Source: Gemmatimonadales bacterium (GTDB lineage: Bacteria; Gemmatimonadota; Gemmatimonadetes; Gemmatimonadales; GWC2-71-9). Taken from it: a DNA stretch of 64,000 bases. Of the stretch, positions 26,331-34,710 are shown in pieces. The notes under the pieces are model-generated. The model worked only from the letters and a program-made list of their open reading frames with translations, had not been told where the DNA came from and did no database searches. Each line of letters starts with the position of its first letter. Position 1 is the stretch's first letter. The stretch is taken from NCBI GenBank assembly GCA_041577295.1, contig JBFGJG010000001.1, positions 1-64,000 of the forward strand. Reading direction: 5' to 3'. The position numbers were made by a program, and so were the translations under genes.

Positions 26331-29300
26331 TTAGAACGTGATCGAGAACGTACCGATGAACCGCCGCTGCGGTGGCAGCGTCAGGAAGTCGGCCCGAATC
26401 ACGCCATTCGTCCCGAAGTTGTTGATCTCAGGATCCGCACCGGAGTAACCGGTCCACGTCTTGAGGTTGTATCCGGCGAAGGACACGCTTGCGCGCTTCA
26501 CACGGATCGCGCGCGCCCAGCTGTCCGGGAACTGGAACTTCATGGACACGGAGCGGAGCTTCAGGAAGTCCGCGTCTTCGATGTACGGATCCTGCGAGTC
26601 GATGGCCGAGGCGAACTGAATGATCTTCGCCCGGTCCGTGTACTCGCCGTCAGCACCCCGCTCGAACATCTCCGGGCACACACCACCGTTCTCGCCGCCT
26701 CCTAGGAAGCCACAGCGAAACTCCGTGGTGGAGTTGAACAGCTGGTGGCCGCCCTTGAAGTCGAGGAAGGCGTAGAGGGTGAAGTACCGCAGGAAGCTGA
26801 TGGTGGACGTAAAGGAGCCCTCCCACTCTGGCGTGGGCTGACCGAGGAACTGGTGATCGTCGTCAACACCGTCCAGCGTATCGAGCGCGGCATCCACGGG
26901 AACGACCATGGGATCGCCGTTGGCGTCGATCATGATCTTCTCGCTGAAGTACGAACCGAAGGCGTAACCCTCCTGGTGCCGCTGGCTCGCCGAGAACGAC
27001 AATGGGACGAACTGCTCGAGCTCCTTGATCTCGTTGTTATTGGTCGAGAACACGAAGGTCATATCCCAACGGAATTTGGGCATGGTGAACGCCGCGGCGT
27101 TGAGCGCGAGCTCGAAGCCACTGTTGTCCATCCGGCCGAGGTTATCCCACCGGGCATTGGGGAACCCGAGTGACGGCGCCTGTGGCCGAGTCACGAGGAC
27201 GTCGTTGGTCTTCTGGATGTAGTAGCTGGCCTCGAGACCCAACCTATTGTTGAACATTCCCGCGTCGAACCCAAACTCGAACTCCTCACCGATCTCGGGC
27301 TTCAGTTCCGCATTGCCGGGCTGCTGGGGTGTGACACCCAGGACGTCACGGAAGCCAACCACGAAGCCGCGCGAGTTGAACGTCTGGAAGGAGGCCGTAT
27401 TGCCGGGCGCCTTCCCTGAGCGGCCCCACGCACCACGCAGCTTGAGCTGATCCAGCGGGCCAACGGGCTGGTCGATCGCGATGGCCGAGACGCCGACCTT
27501 GGGATAAACCTGAATGTCGAAGTTCTGACCAAAGGCGCTGTTCTCGTCAAACCGGATGGCCGGTGTGATGAACAAACGATCACGGAAGCTCAACTGCTCC
27601 TGGATGTACACACCGAGCGTCTTGTTCTCGACGTAAGTCTCGCGGCCGAATGTGGTGACCGCATTAGAGCACGTCGTCGCCCCGGCGGTGAACTCCTCAC
27701 CGTCGCAGGCCGAGATCTCGGACACTTCACGGTAGTACTGGAATCCGTACGAGGTGGCCGTGCCGATGTCGCCGAAACTGAAATTGACCGAGCCCGAGTA
27801 ATCGACAGTCAGGTTCCGCTCGGTCTCCGTGTCGAGACTGCGTCGTCCGGTGGACAGATCGCCAAACGGCCGATCCGGGTTCACCGGGATGAGCGTGGCG
27901 GTCCGGTCGTCGACCAGGTCGTAGCCGAGCGTCAGACGGTTGCTCCAGAAGTCCGTGGGACGGACCCGGAACGTAGCACTACCGGTCATGCGCTCGATGG
28001 AGAGGTCGTTGACCAGCGACGCGACGTCCTCGAACGTGCGCCCGCCGAAGCCAGCCACGTCGGGACAGCGATTGGCTGCGCCACCGGGGCTGAAATTGGC
28101 TAGCGCCCCCCCCGTGAGCCTCGCGAGCTCAACCGCAAACGGGCACGTGAGGATCGCAGCGCCGCCGGAGGTCGGATCGGACGCCATGATGGTGGCGTTC
28201 CAGGGGAACCCAACCTGAGCGACGCCGATGTAGCCGAAACCGTTGTTGTCGTTGTCTGGGAAGGACGTGAAGTTGCTGGTGTAACCAACACTAGCCTGCA
28301 GATCCCACACCGGGTTGGGGCTGATGTTGAAGTTGCCCCGCGCGTAGTAGCGCGCCGACCGGTTGTTGGGGAGCGTTCCTTCTTCATCTTCGAACTCGGC
28401 GGAAACGTAGTAGGTCACGTCTTCCGTGCCGCCGCGAACTGAACCTGCGTAGGACTGAATGAAGCCGCTGCGGAAGGTATCGCCATACCGACCCAGGGCA
28501 TCCGGCTCCTCGAGCAGGTTCATCGTGTAGAGCGTGTCGAACCCGAAACCAAACGACAGCGGATTCCACACATTGGGGGAGAACTCGTAAGTGCTCTTGA
28601 CGTTCGCACCAAAATCGCTGCGGAAGCTCCACTCCGGTGCCGAGCCCTTGCGGCCCTTCTTGGTGAAAATTTGAATGACGCCCGTGGCGGCCGCCGTGCC
28701 GTAGAGGCTCGACGCCGACGGACCCCTGACGATCTCGACCCGTTCAATGTCCTCTGGGTTGATGTCGTTCAGGCGGCTGCCATCCTGACCACCAACCCCG
28801 GGTCCGATGTCATTGTCGTTGTCGATGCGCGCACCGTCGACGACGATGAGCGGTGTGTTGCTGAGGTTGATGCTCGAGTTGCCGCGGATCTTGATCGAAT
28901 ACCCCGATCCCGTGGTACCGGACGGGGGAGTGATCGAGACGCTTGGGGCCTTTCCGAGCAGAATCTCGTTGATGTTGACGTGGGGCGCGGCCTGCTGGAT
29001 CTGCTCCACGTTGACCGTCCCGAGCGCGTTCGCAACCTCTCGGGCGGTTTGCTCACCGAGGGCAGTCACGACGACCGCGTCGAGGGTGAGCACAGAAGGA
29101 TTGAGCCGGAAGTCCAGAACCACGGTCTGGTTCGGCAGGACCTCCAGCGAGGCCGTCTGGGAGAGGTAGCCCAGGACGGCGACCCTGACCTGCGCCTGCC
29201 CGGCGCTCACGCCCGTCAGGTCGTACGTTCCGTCGGCGCGGGTGGCCACGAAGCTCGTGGTCCCCACAACCTGGACACGCGCGCCCGGGAGCGGCTCGCC

Positions 29301-29420
29301 GTTTGCGCTGGCGGTTACCGTGCCGCGAATGGCTCCTGTCTGCGCCTCGACGGCCACTGGCGTTGCCAGCAGCATAGCGCAACAGGCGCCCGCGGCGAGG
29401 ACAACACGTCGCAAACTCAT
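26331..29420 (-). CDS. SusC/RagA-family TonB-linked outer-membrane receptor (start 29420; GTG at 29435 possible)
   Basis: Signal peptide; LDAVVVTALG, IKIRGNSS, PLIVVDGAR, IERVEIVRGPSASSLYGTAAATGVIQIFTKKG, LKPEIGEEFEFG, YSGADPE, terminal Phe. Confidence 0.95.
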   Translation of the reverse strand: MSLRRVVLAAGACCAMLLATPVAVEAQTGAIRGTVTASANGEPLPGARVQVVGTTSFVATRADGTYDLTGVSAGQAQVRVAVLGYLSQTASLEVLPNQTVVLDFRLNPSVLTLDAVVVTALGEQTAREVANALGTVNVEQIQQAAPHVNINEILLGKAPSVSITPPSGTTGSGYSIKIRGNSSINLSNTPLIVVDGARIDNDNDIGPGVGGQDGSRLNDINPEDIERVEIVRGPSASSLYGTAAATGVIQIFTKKGRKGSAPEWSFRSDFGANVKSTYEFSPNVWNPLSFGFGFDTLYTMNLLEEPDALGRYGDTFRSGFIQSYAGSVRGGTEDVTYYVSAEFEDEEGTLPNNRSARYYARGNFNISPNPVWDLQASVGYTSNFTSFPDNDNNGFGYIGVAQVGFPWNATIMASDPTSGGAAILTCPFAVELARLTGGALANFSPGGAANRCPDVAGFGGRTFEDVASLVNDLSIERMTGSATFRVRPTDFWSNRLTLGYDLVDDRTATLIPVNPDRPFGDLSTGRRSLDTETERNLTVDYSGSVNFSFGDIGTATSYGFQYYREVSEISACDGEEFTAGATTCSNAVTTFGRETYVENKTLGVYIQEQLSFRDRLFITPAIRFDENSAFGQNFDIQVYPKVGVSAIAIDQPVGPLDQLKLRGAWGRSGKAPGNTASFQTFNSRGFVVGFRDVLGVTPQQPGNAELKPEIGEEFEFGFDAGMFNNRLGLEASYYIQKTNDVLVTRPQAPSLGFPNARWDNLGRMDNSGFELALNAAAFTMPKFRWDMTFVFSTNNNEIKELEQFVPLSFSASQRHQEGYAFGSYFSEKIMIDANGDPMVVPVDAALDTLDGVDDDHQFLGQPTPEWEGSFTSTISFLRYFTLYAFLDFKGGHQLFNSTTEFRCGFLGGGENGGVCPEMFERGADGEYTDRAKIIQFASAIDSQDPYIEDADFLKLRSVSMKFQFPDSWARAIRVKRASVSFAGYNLKTWTGYSGADPEINNFGTNGVIRADFLTLPPQRRFIGTFSITF

Positions 29421-29431
29421 GTGAATAATCC

Positions 29432-29485
29432 TCACGTTTGGGGATAGAAAAAAAGCTGGCGGACAAGGAACGGCTGCCGAGTCAT
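29432..29485 (-). CDS. Putative 17-aa leader peptide MTRQPFLVRQLFFYPQT upstream of susC-2
   Basis: AGGAGG 8 nt before the ATG; its TGA overlaps the GAGG RBS / GTG of susC-2. Confidence 0.35.
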   Translation of the reverse strand: MTRQPFLVRQLFFYPQT

Positions 29486-29811
29486 AGGCATTGCCTCCTG
29501 AGCGGAAAACGTGGTTCCATTGAATGCGTACGAGCGCCGATACCGTCGTATCGGGCGCCTCGTGGGATGAGCGTCCGGCGCCCTACCGACGTACCAGTAG
29601 GCCCCGACAAACTTCACTCCCTGGTTGCATTGATGTCCACGACGGTTTCCCAGCGTACAGGGAGGGTGGAAACCGATCGCGAAGCTAGTTGGTTCTTACG
29701 GCTGCGCTTACGGGCCCCGATCCTTGTCCGGACGCCCGTTCGAAAGAATGTACCCGGGGAGTCCGGTAACCACAAGGCACCGTTTCAATTGGCTACTTTG
29801 GCCCCCAGGCC

Positions 29812-30201
29812 CTATCTCTTGGTTCGGACCGCAATCACGCCACCGCGGTGCCCGGTCCCATAACGGAAGTCCGCATCACGCGCATCGAGATACCGGATCT
29901 CGATGATGTCGCCACCCGGAACACTGCGCAGCGTCTCGACCTCTCCCAATCGAATGTCATCCACGTACACCATCGGGTAGAGCCGCGGCGGGTCCGTGGG
30001 TGAGGTGGCCGGAGAGCCCAGGAGCCACTCATTGTGAAATCGCTCGACGACCTCGTATGCCGAGGCACTGGCGAGCGTGCCTTCGGCCTCGATCTGGGCG
30101 GCTGTAATGAGGTCACGCCCAGCCCGAGGTTCTCCGGCTTGATAGCCGCTGGCGCACGCTAGGGTTAAGGCGAGGGTGCTAAGAAGAACGAATAATCGCA
30201 T
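29812..30201 (-). CDS. Small lipoprotein consisting of a TonB plug-like domain only (paralogue of 24297-24704)
   Basis: RBS GAGGAGG; lipobox TLAC; PMVYVDDIRLGEVETLRSV...IIEIRYLDARDADFRYGTGHRGGVIAVRTKR. Confidence 0.8.
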   Translation of the reverse strand: MRLFVLLSTLALTLACASGYQAGEPRAGRDLITAAQIEAEGTLASASAYEVVERFHNEWLLGSPATSPTDPPRLYPMVYVDDIRLGEVETLRSVPGGDIIEIRYLDARDADFRYGTGHRGGVIAVRTKR

Positions 30202-30255
30202 TGAAGACCTCCTCAATCAGCGGCGTAGACGAGAGCGGTGGGGCTGGCGGAATCC

Positions 30256-30879
30256 CTACTCCCCGGCCTGTAACCATAGGGCAAACTCGTGGAACGCCCT
30301 CCCACGATGACTGACGCCGTGCTTCTCCTCGGGCGTTGCCATGCCAAAGCTCTTCTGAAGGTCGTCCGACCAGAAGAGCGGGTCGTATCCGAATCCTCCC
30401 GATCCTTCGGGATGTTCGAGGATCTGTCCCGTGCATGAACCGTCGAAAGTCGCGGACGCGCTACCGGGCTTCGAGACGTAAGCCACCACGCAACGATAAC
30501 GGGCTCGGCGTTTCTCGGGAGGGAGGCCGGCGAGGCGCCGGAGGAGCTCGTCGTTGTTCGCGGTATCCTGCTCGTCCGGAGGCCCATCGTGCATCGCAAA
30601 ACGGCGCGAGCGGACACCAGGCAGGCCACCCAAGGCAAACACCTCGAGGCCTGAATCGTCGGCTGCCGTTGGTAGACCACTGCGGCGCGCGAAGTACTCC
30701 GCCTTGCGGCGTGCATTACCCGCGAAGGTGTCTTCGACCTCGAGTCGGTCCTCCTCGATCCGCTCGTCCAGGCCGATGTCGTCCGGAAACACAACGGTCC
30801 TGCCGATATCGCGCAGCATGACTTCGATTTCGGCTTGCTTTCCACGATTGCGAGTGGCGATTAACAGGTGCTGAGTCAC
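30256..30879 (-). CDS. rdgB: Non-canonical purine NTP pyrophosphatase (RdgB/HAM1)
   Basis: LLIATRNRGK, TFAGNARRKA, ADDSGLEVFALGGLPGVRSRRF, GFGYDPLF, SHRGRA; GTG start overlaps the rph stop. Confidence 0.93.
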   Translation of the reverse strand: MTQHLLIATRNRGKQAEIEVMLRDIGRTVVFPDDIGLDERIEEDRLEVEDTFAGNARRKAEYFARRSGLPTAADDSGLEVFALGGLPGVRSRRFAMHDGPPDEQDTANNDELLRRLAGLPPEKRRARYRCVVAYVSKPGSASATFDGSCTGQILEHPEGSGGFGYDPLFWSDDLQKSFGMATPEEKHGVSHRGRAFHEFALWLQAGE

Positions 30880-31580
30880 CACCCCAACGCCTGCTGCTGC
30901 GCGGCAAATAACTCGGACGTGCCACGCCGCGCGAGGGCCAACATCCGCTCGAGCGCGTCCTGAGCAAACAGTCCGCCCTCGGCGCTGCTCTGTACCTCCA
31001 CGTACTGATCCGGATGAGCCATCACGATGTTTGCATCGACGTCCGCAGTCTTGTCCTCGGCATACGCTAGGTCCAGGCAGACCTCGCCCCCCGCCACGCC
31101 AACGGAGACGCCAGCCACCAACCGCCCATAGGGGTTGGTCCCGTGATGTTCCTCGATCCAGCGACACGCGTCCGCCAACGCGACCGCGCCGCCGGTGATC
31201 GCTGCCGTCCGGGTCCCCCCGTCCGCCTGGAGAACATCGCAGTCGATGTGGATCGTCAGTTGACCAAACGCGAAGTTCCGGAGCGCCGCTCGAAGGCTCC
31301 GACCGATCAGCCGTTGGATTTCGTAGGTTCTACCACCCATGCGAAAGCGCTCGCGAGGTGTTCGTTCGGTCGTCGCGCGCGGTAGCATCGCGTATTCCGC
31401 CGTGAGCCAGCCGAGGCCACCTTCCCGTCTCCAAGCCGGGACGCCCTCGACGACGCTCGCCGTGCAAAGCACGAGGGTGCCTCCCATCCTGACGAGGCAC
31501 GAGCCCTCGGCGTAGGGATTGGCCCCGCGCTCGAGCACGACGGGGCGTAATTGATCTGCTCGCCGTCCGTCAGGGCGCAT
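30876..31580 (-). CDS. rph: Ribonuclease PH
   Basis: MRPDGRRADQLRPV, GWLTAEYAMLPRAT, EIQRLIGRSLRA, DCDVLQADGGTRTAAITG. Confidence 0.97.
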   Translation of the reverse strand: MRPDGRRADQLRPVVLERGANPYAEGSCLVRMGGTLVLCTASVVEGVPAWRREGGLGWLTAEYAMLPRATTERTPRERFRMGGRTYEIQRLIGRSLRAALRNFAFGQLTIHIDCDVLQADGGTRTAAITGGAVALADACRWIEEHHGTNPYGRLVAGVSVGVAGGEVCLDLAYAEDKTADVDANIVMAHPDQYVEVQSSAEGGLFAQDALERMLALARRGTSELFAAQQQALGW

Positions 31581-31586
31581 GGTTCA

Positions 31587-32984
31587 TCACGCCTGCTCCT
31601 CTTGCTTTTCCTTCGTTTGCTCGCTCTCGGGCTCAGTTTCCGATTTGGGTGGAGGGGGTTCCAGCTCCTGCGGACCCTCCTCCCCCGGACCCGTAACACC
31701 CCAGCGTCCGAAACTCCACTTGAGCAGCGGTGGTGCCATGAACGTGGTGCCGATCACCATGATGATGATGGCGCCAAACAGCTCTGGGGTCAGCACGCCG
31801 GTGACCAGTCCGATGTTGGCGAAGATCAAACCTACTTCTCCGCGCGGCATCATCCCAATGCCAACGGCCACCCGGTTGAACTTGCGCCACGGGACCGCCC
31901 AGCCTGCCGCGACCTTGCCGATAATGGCGATCACGAGGAAGGAGAACCCGACGAGCAGCACGGGAAGGTTCTCTGGGTTCATCGGATTCAGGAGCAAGAC
32001 ATTCAACTCGGCGCCGATGCTGAGAAAGAACACGGGGGTGAAGATGTCGGCGACCGGCTTGATGCGTTCAGCGATGACGTCGAACTGGTTGGTGCCCGAG
32101 AGAATGACACCAGCGGCAAACGCGCCGATGATCATGGCGGAGCCCGCTACGTCCGCGAGCGCTGACAAAATGAGCACGAAGGCGAAACCGCTCACGAGCA
32201 GAATTCCCCGTACTCGCATGCGATCCAGCACCTCGAAGATCTTGGGAGCCACGACCAAACCCACACCGACAGCTAGCACGAGAAATCCGACGGCCGTGCC
32301 AAGCGTGCGTCCCACGCCCAGCACCGTCACGGCGTTGCCCGCCGCGAGCGAGGAGACTAGTCCGAGGAGAACGAGGCCCAGCACGTCGTCGATCACCGCC
32401 GCACCGATGATGAGCCGGGACTCGATGGAACGCATGACGCCCAGGTCCTGGAGGACGCGCGCGGTGATGCCGACGGACGTGGCGGTGAGCGTCGCACCCA
32501 AAAAGATTGCCGTGGTCAACGTCCCCGCGGTGCTGTATTCGGCCTTCGCAATGGGCGAGATCCAAAACAGCACCCCCCCGACCATCGGCAGGACGACGCC
32601 CACCAAGGCCACCGACGACGCGCCCGGCCCCACGCGAAACATCGCCTTGATGTCCGTCTCCAGTCCGATTTCGAAGAGCAGGATCACGACCCCGATCTCC
32701 GCCATCAGCTTCACGATCTCGGTGAGGGGGTCATCGGGGGAAGTCGGAATGATCCCCAGCAGGCTGCCGCCAAGCAGCACTCCGGCAATCAGCTCACCGA
32801 GTACGGCTGGTTGACCAATACGTTCGAACAGCTCACCGGAGAACTTTCCGGCCAACAGCATCACGGCGAAGACGAAGAACAGCCGCACCACCAGGGTGCT
32901 GCCGTCCCCATCAGCCGCCGCCGCCCACAGCGGTCCCGGCACGGCCGTCATGAGCACGATGAGCGCTCCCAAGGTCCGAATCAC
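31587..32984 (-). CDS. Cation:proton antiporter (CPA2/NapA-like); start approximate
   Basis: Many TM helices; GQPAVLGELIAG, GVVILLFEIGLETD, ATSVGIT, AAVIDDVLG, GMMPRGEVG. Confidence 0.92.
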   Translation of the reverse strand: MIRTLGALIVLMTAVPGPLWAAAADGDGSTLVVRLFFVFAVMLLAGKFSGELFERIGQPAVLGELIAGVLLGGSLLGIIPTSPDDPLTEIVKLMAEIGVVILLFEIGLETDIKAMFRVGPGASSVALVGVVLPMVGGVLFWISPIAKAEYSTAGTLTTAIFLGATLTATSVGITARVLQDLGVMRSIESRLIIGAAVIDDVLGLVLLGLVSSLAAGNAVTVLGVGRTLGTAVGFLVLAVGVGLVVAPKIFEVLDRMRVRGILLVSGFAFVLILSALADVAGSAMIIGAFAAGVILSGTNQFDVIAERIKPVADIFTPVFFLSIGAELNVLLLNPMNPENLPVLLVGFSFLVIAIIGKVAAGWAVPWRKFNRVAVGIGMMPRGEVGLIFANIGLVTGVLTPELFGAIIIMVIGTTFMAPPLLKWSFGRWGVTGPGEEGPQELEPPPPKSETEPESEQTKEKQEEQA

Positions 32985-32997
32985 GAGTGAGATGGAC

Positions 32998-33366
32998 TCA
33001 AAGAGGTTGCCGGGCCTCGAGACGAACAGTGATAGGCCGAGTGTAGAAGGGAAAGACAAGGGTGTCGGGATACGAGGTGGTAATGCGGATTTCGCGCGGA
33101 CGCGCAAGGCGCTGGATCCGCACGCGGCGAGCGTCATCTGGCAGCTTGAGCTCTTCGACCTCAGCCAGGATGCGCCGCAGGATGACATCGTCGTCCAATC
33201 CCGGAGCCATCCGGGCTTGTTGCTTCATGGTATCGAGCAGTCGCCAGTAGCGATAGTACACGGTCCCGACGTTCACCGCGGTGTAGCCGATCAATACCAT
33301 GACCAGGATCGATACGAGGCAGCCGACACGTGATTTGCCCAACCTGCTCGCGGGAGATCTTACCAT
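32998..33366 (-). CDS. Hypothetical single-TM protein (DUF4845-like)
   Basis: N-terminal GKSRVGCL + TM helix; translationally linked to lptE. Confidence 0.7.
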   Translation of the reverse strand: MVRSPASRLGKSRVGCLVSILVMVLIGYTAVNVGTVYYRYWRLLDTMKQQARMAPGLDDDVILRRILAEVEELKLPDDARRVRIQRLARPREIRITTSYPDTLVFPFYTRPITVRLEARQPL

Positions 33367-33854
33367 TGAGATTGGGCTCCGTCCACGATGTCGGAGACGA
33401 GTTTCTCGAGGGCAACCTCCCGACCGCGCGCCTCCTCGGGCGGATCGTACTCACCGTCTACAGTGAGCCCCGACCGCTGCCACAGGGCTCGTTGGTCTCG
33501 CTGATCGAATATCTCAACGTTGATGGTCAGCTGAATACGACGACGGGTGACGGACACGTCGCCCTGGCGCTGGCCTGGCTGAAACGAAAGAGGAATATCC
33601 GGTTGATATCGAACGATCGTTCCACGGACGACGGCGTCTGCGGTCGTTTCCCCTGATGGGCGCAATCCCAACCGTCCTTCCATCGCTTCGCGAATGGCGT
33701 CGAACACTTCCTGCGTCAACGTGGGCTCGGCCGTCTGGTTATCGAACGGTAGGATCGCCACGGTACGGATGTGACCTGGCAAACCACCGCCAGCAAAGCC
33801 GTACAGGCATCCGCTCAGAACAGCGACCGGCCACACCAGCGTAATGGCCCGCAC
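33360..33854 (-). CDS. lptE: LPS-assembly lipoprotein LptE family
   Basis: Lipobox LSGC, then YGFAGGGLPGHIRTVAILPFDNQT..P.L; ADAVVRGTI; ends in W. Confidence 0.82.
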   Translation of the reverse strand: MRAITLVWPVAVLSGCLYGFAGGGLPGHIRTVAILPFDNQTAEPTLTQEVFDAIREAMEGRLGLRPSGETTADAVVRGTIVRYQPDIPLSFQPGQRQGDVSVTRRRIQLTINVEIFDQRDQRALWQRSGLTVDGEYDPPEEARGREVALEKLVSDIVDGAQSQW

Positions 33855-34574
33855 TCAGGGCTCCAACCACATGGTGGGATCGACCTCCGTAAACGGAACG
33901 ACCTCCTGCACGGTCATGAGAAACAGCGCCCCGGACGCGGGAAACAGTACCGTCGACTGAGTTGGAAGCTGGGATGTCTCGTCGAATGAGGTCTCGACGG
34001 TGCCCACCACATCCCCCTTCCTTCTGAATAGCGTGCGAAGACGGCGGCTGGACGCGGTCTGGATCACGTAGGTCAACGTGTCGCCGGCGTGCGCATAGCG
34101 CCACGCTCGCTCTCCCTCGATTGCCCGACCCGTGATCTCCGCGCTCACTGGCGCTGACAAGGGAATCCCGAGCGTTGCCCAAAACAGCGGCGCCGGTGGC
34201 ACCGGATTGCGATCCTCCGGTTTCGCCCAGTGCAGTGAATCCCCAATGATGACCGCCGCGCCGGACCGGCCGAAGGGAGCTCGGAAGTCGAATCGTAGCG
34301 AGTCAGGTGGTACCACTCGCACGGAGGCGCGCCCGCGCACCTGCCCCTTCTGTGTTTCGACCGTCCAGCGTACGTCGTACCGCCTCGGCCCGTCCGGAAT
34401 GAGCTCACGGACCCACGCGCCGGCCGTGTCGTTTGGGAGTGCGGGCATCAAAGCGGGCGCAATCGGGGCCACTCCGGTCCGGCACGCTGCCCCAGCCAGC
34501 GATGGAAGCGCGATCGCGAGCACCAGATTATAGGGCGACCAGCGGCGTAGGTCAAGCACAACCTGTTGTCTCAT
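33855..34574 (-). CDS. Hypothetical lipoprotein, beta-rich (possible LolB/DUF4292-like)
   Basis: Possible lipobox GAAC; PDSLRFDFRAPFG motif; abuts lptE. Confidence 0.65.
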   Translation of the reverse strand: MRQQVVLDLRRWSPYNLVLAIALPSLAGAACRTGVAPIAPALMPALPNDTAGAWVRELIPDGPRRYDVRWTVETQKGQVRGRASVRVVPPDSLRFDFRAPFGRSGAAVIIGDSLHWAKPEDRNPVPPAPLFWATLGIPLSAPVSAEITGRAIEGERAWRYAHAGDTLTYVIQTASSRRLRTLFRRKGDVVGTVETSFDETSQLPTQSTVLFPASGALFLMTVQEVVPFTEVDPTMWLEP

Positions 34575-34710
34575 CGACAGTTAAGTCTCTCAACGCACCG
34601 TGTCTTCATTGTTCGCCGCTGATGGTGATTCCGCTCAGAGGTAGTACCCGCACGGCCAATCCCACTACGCGTGCCGCTGATGGCGCGCGGCGCATGAAGA
34701 TAGATCATCC

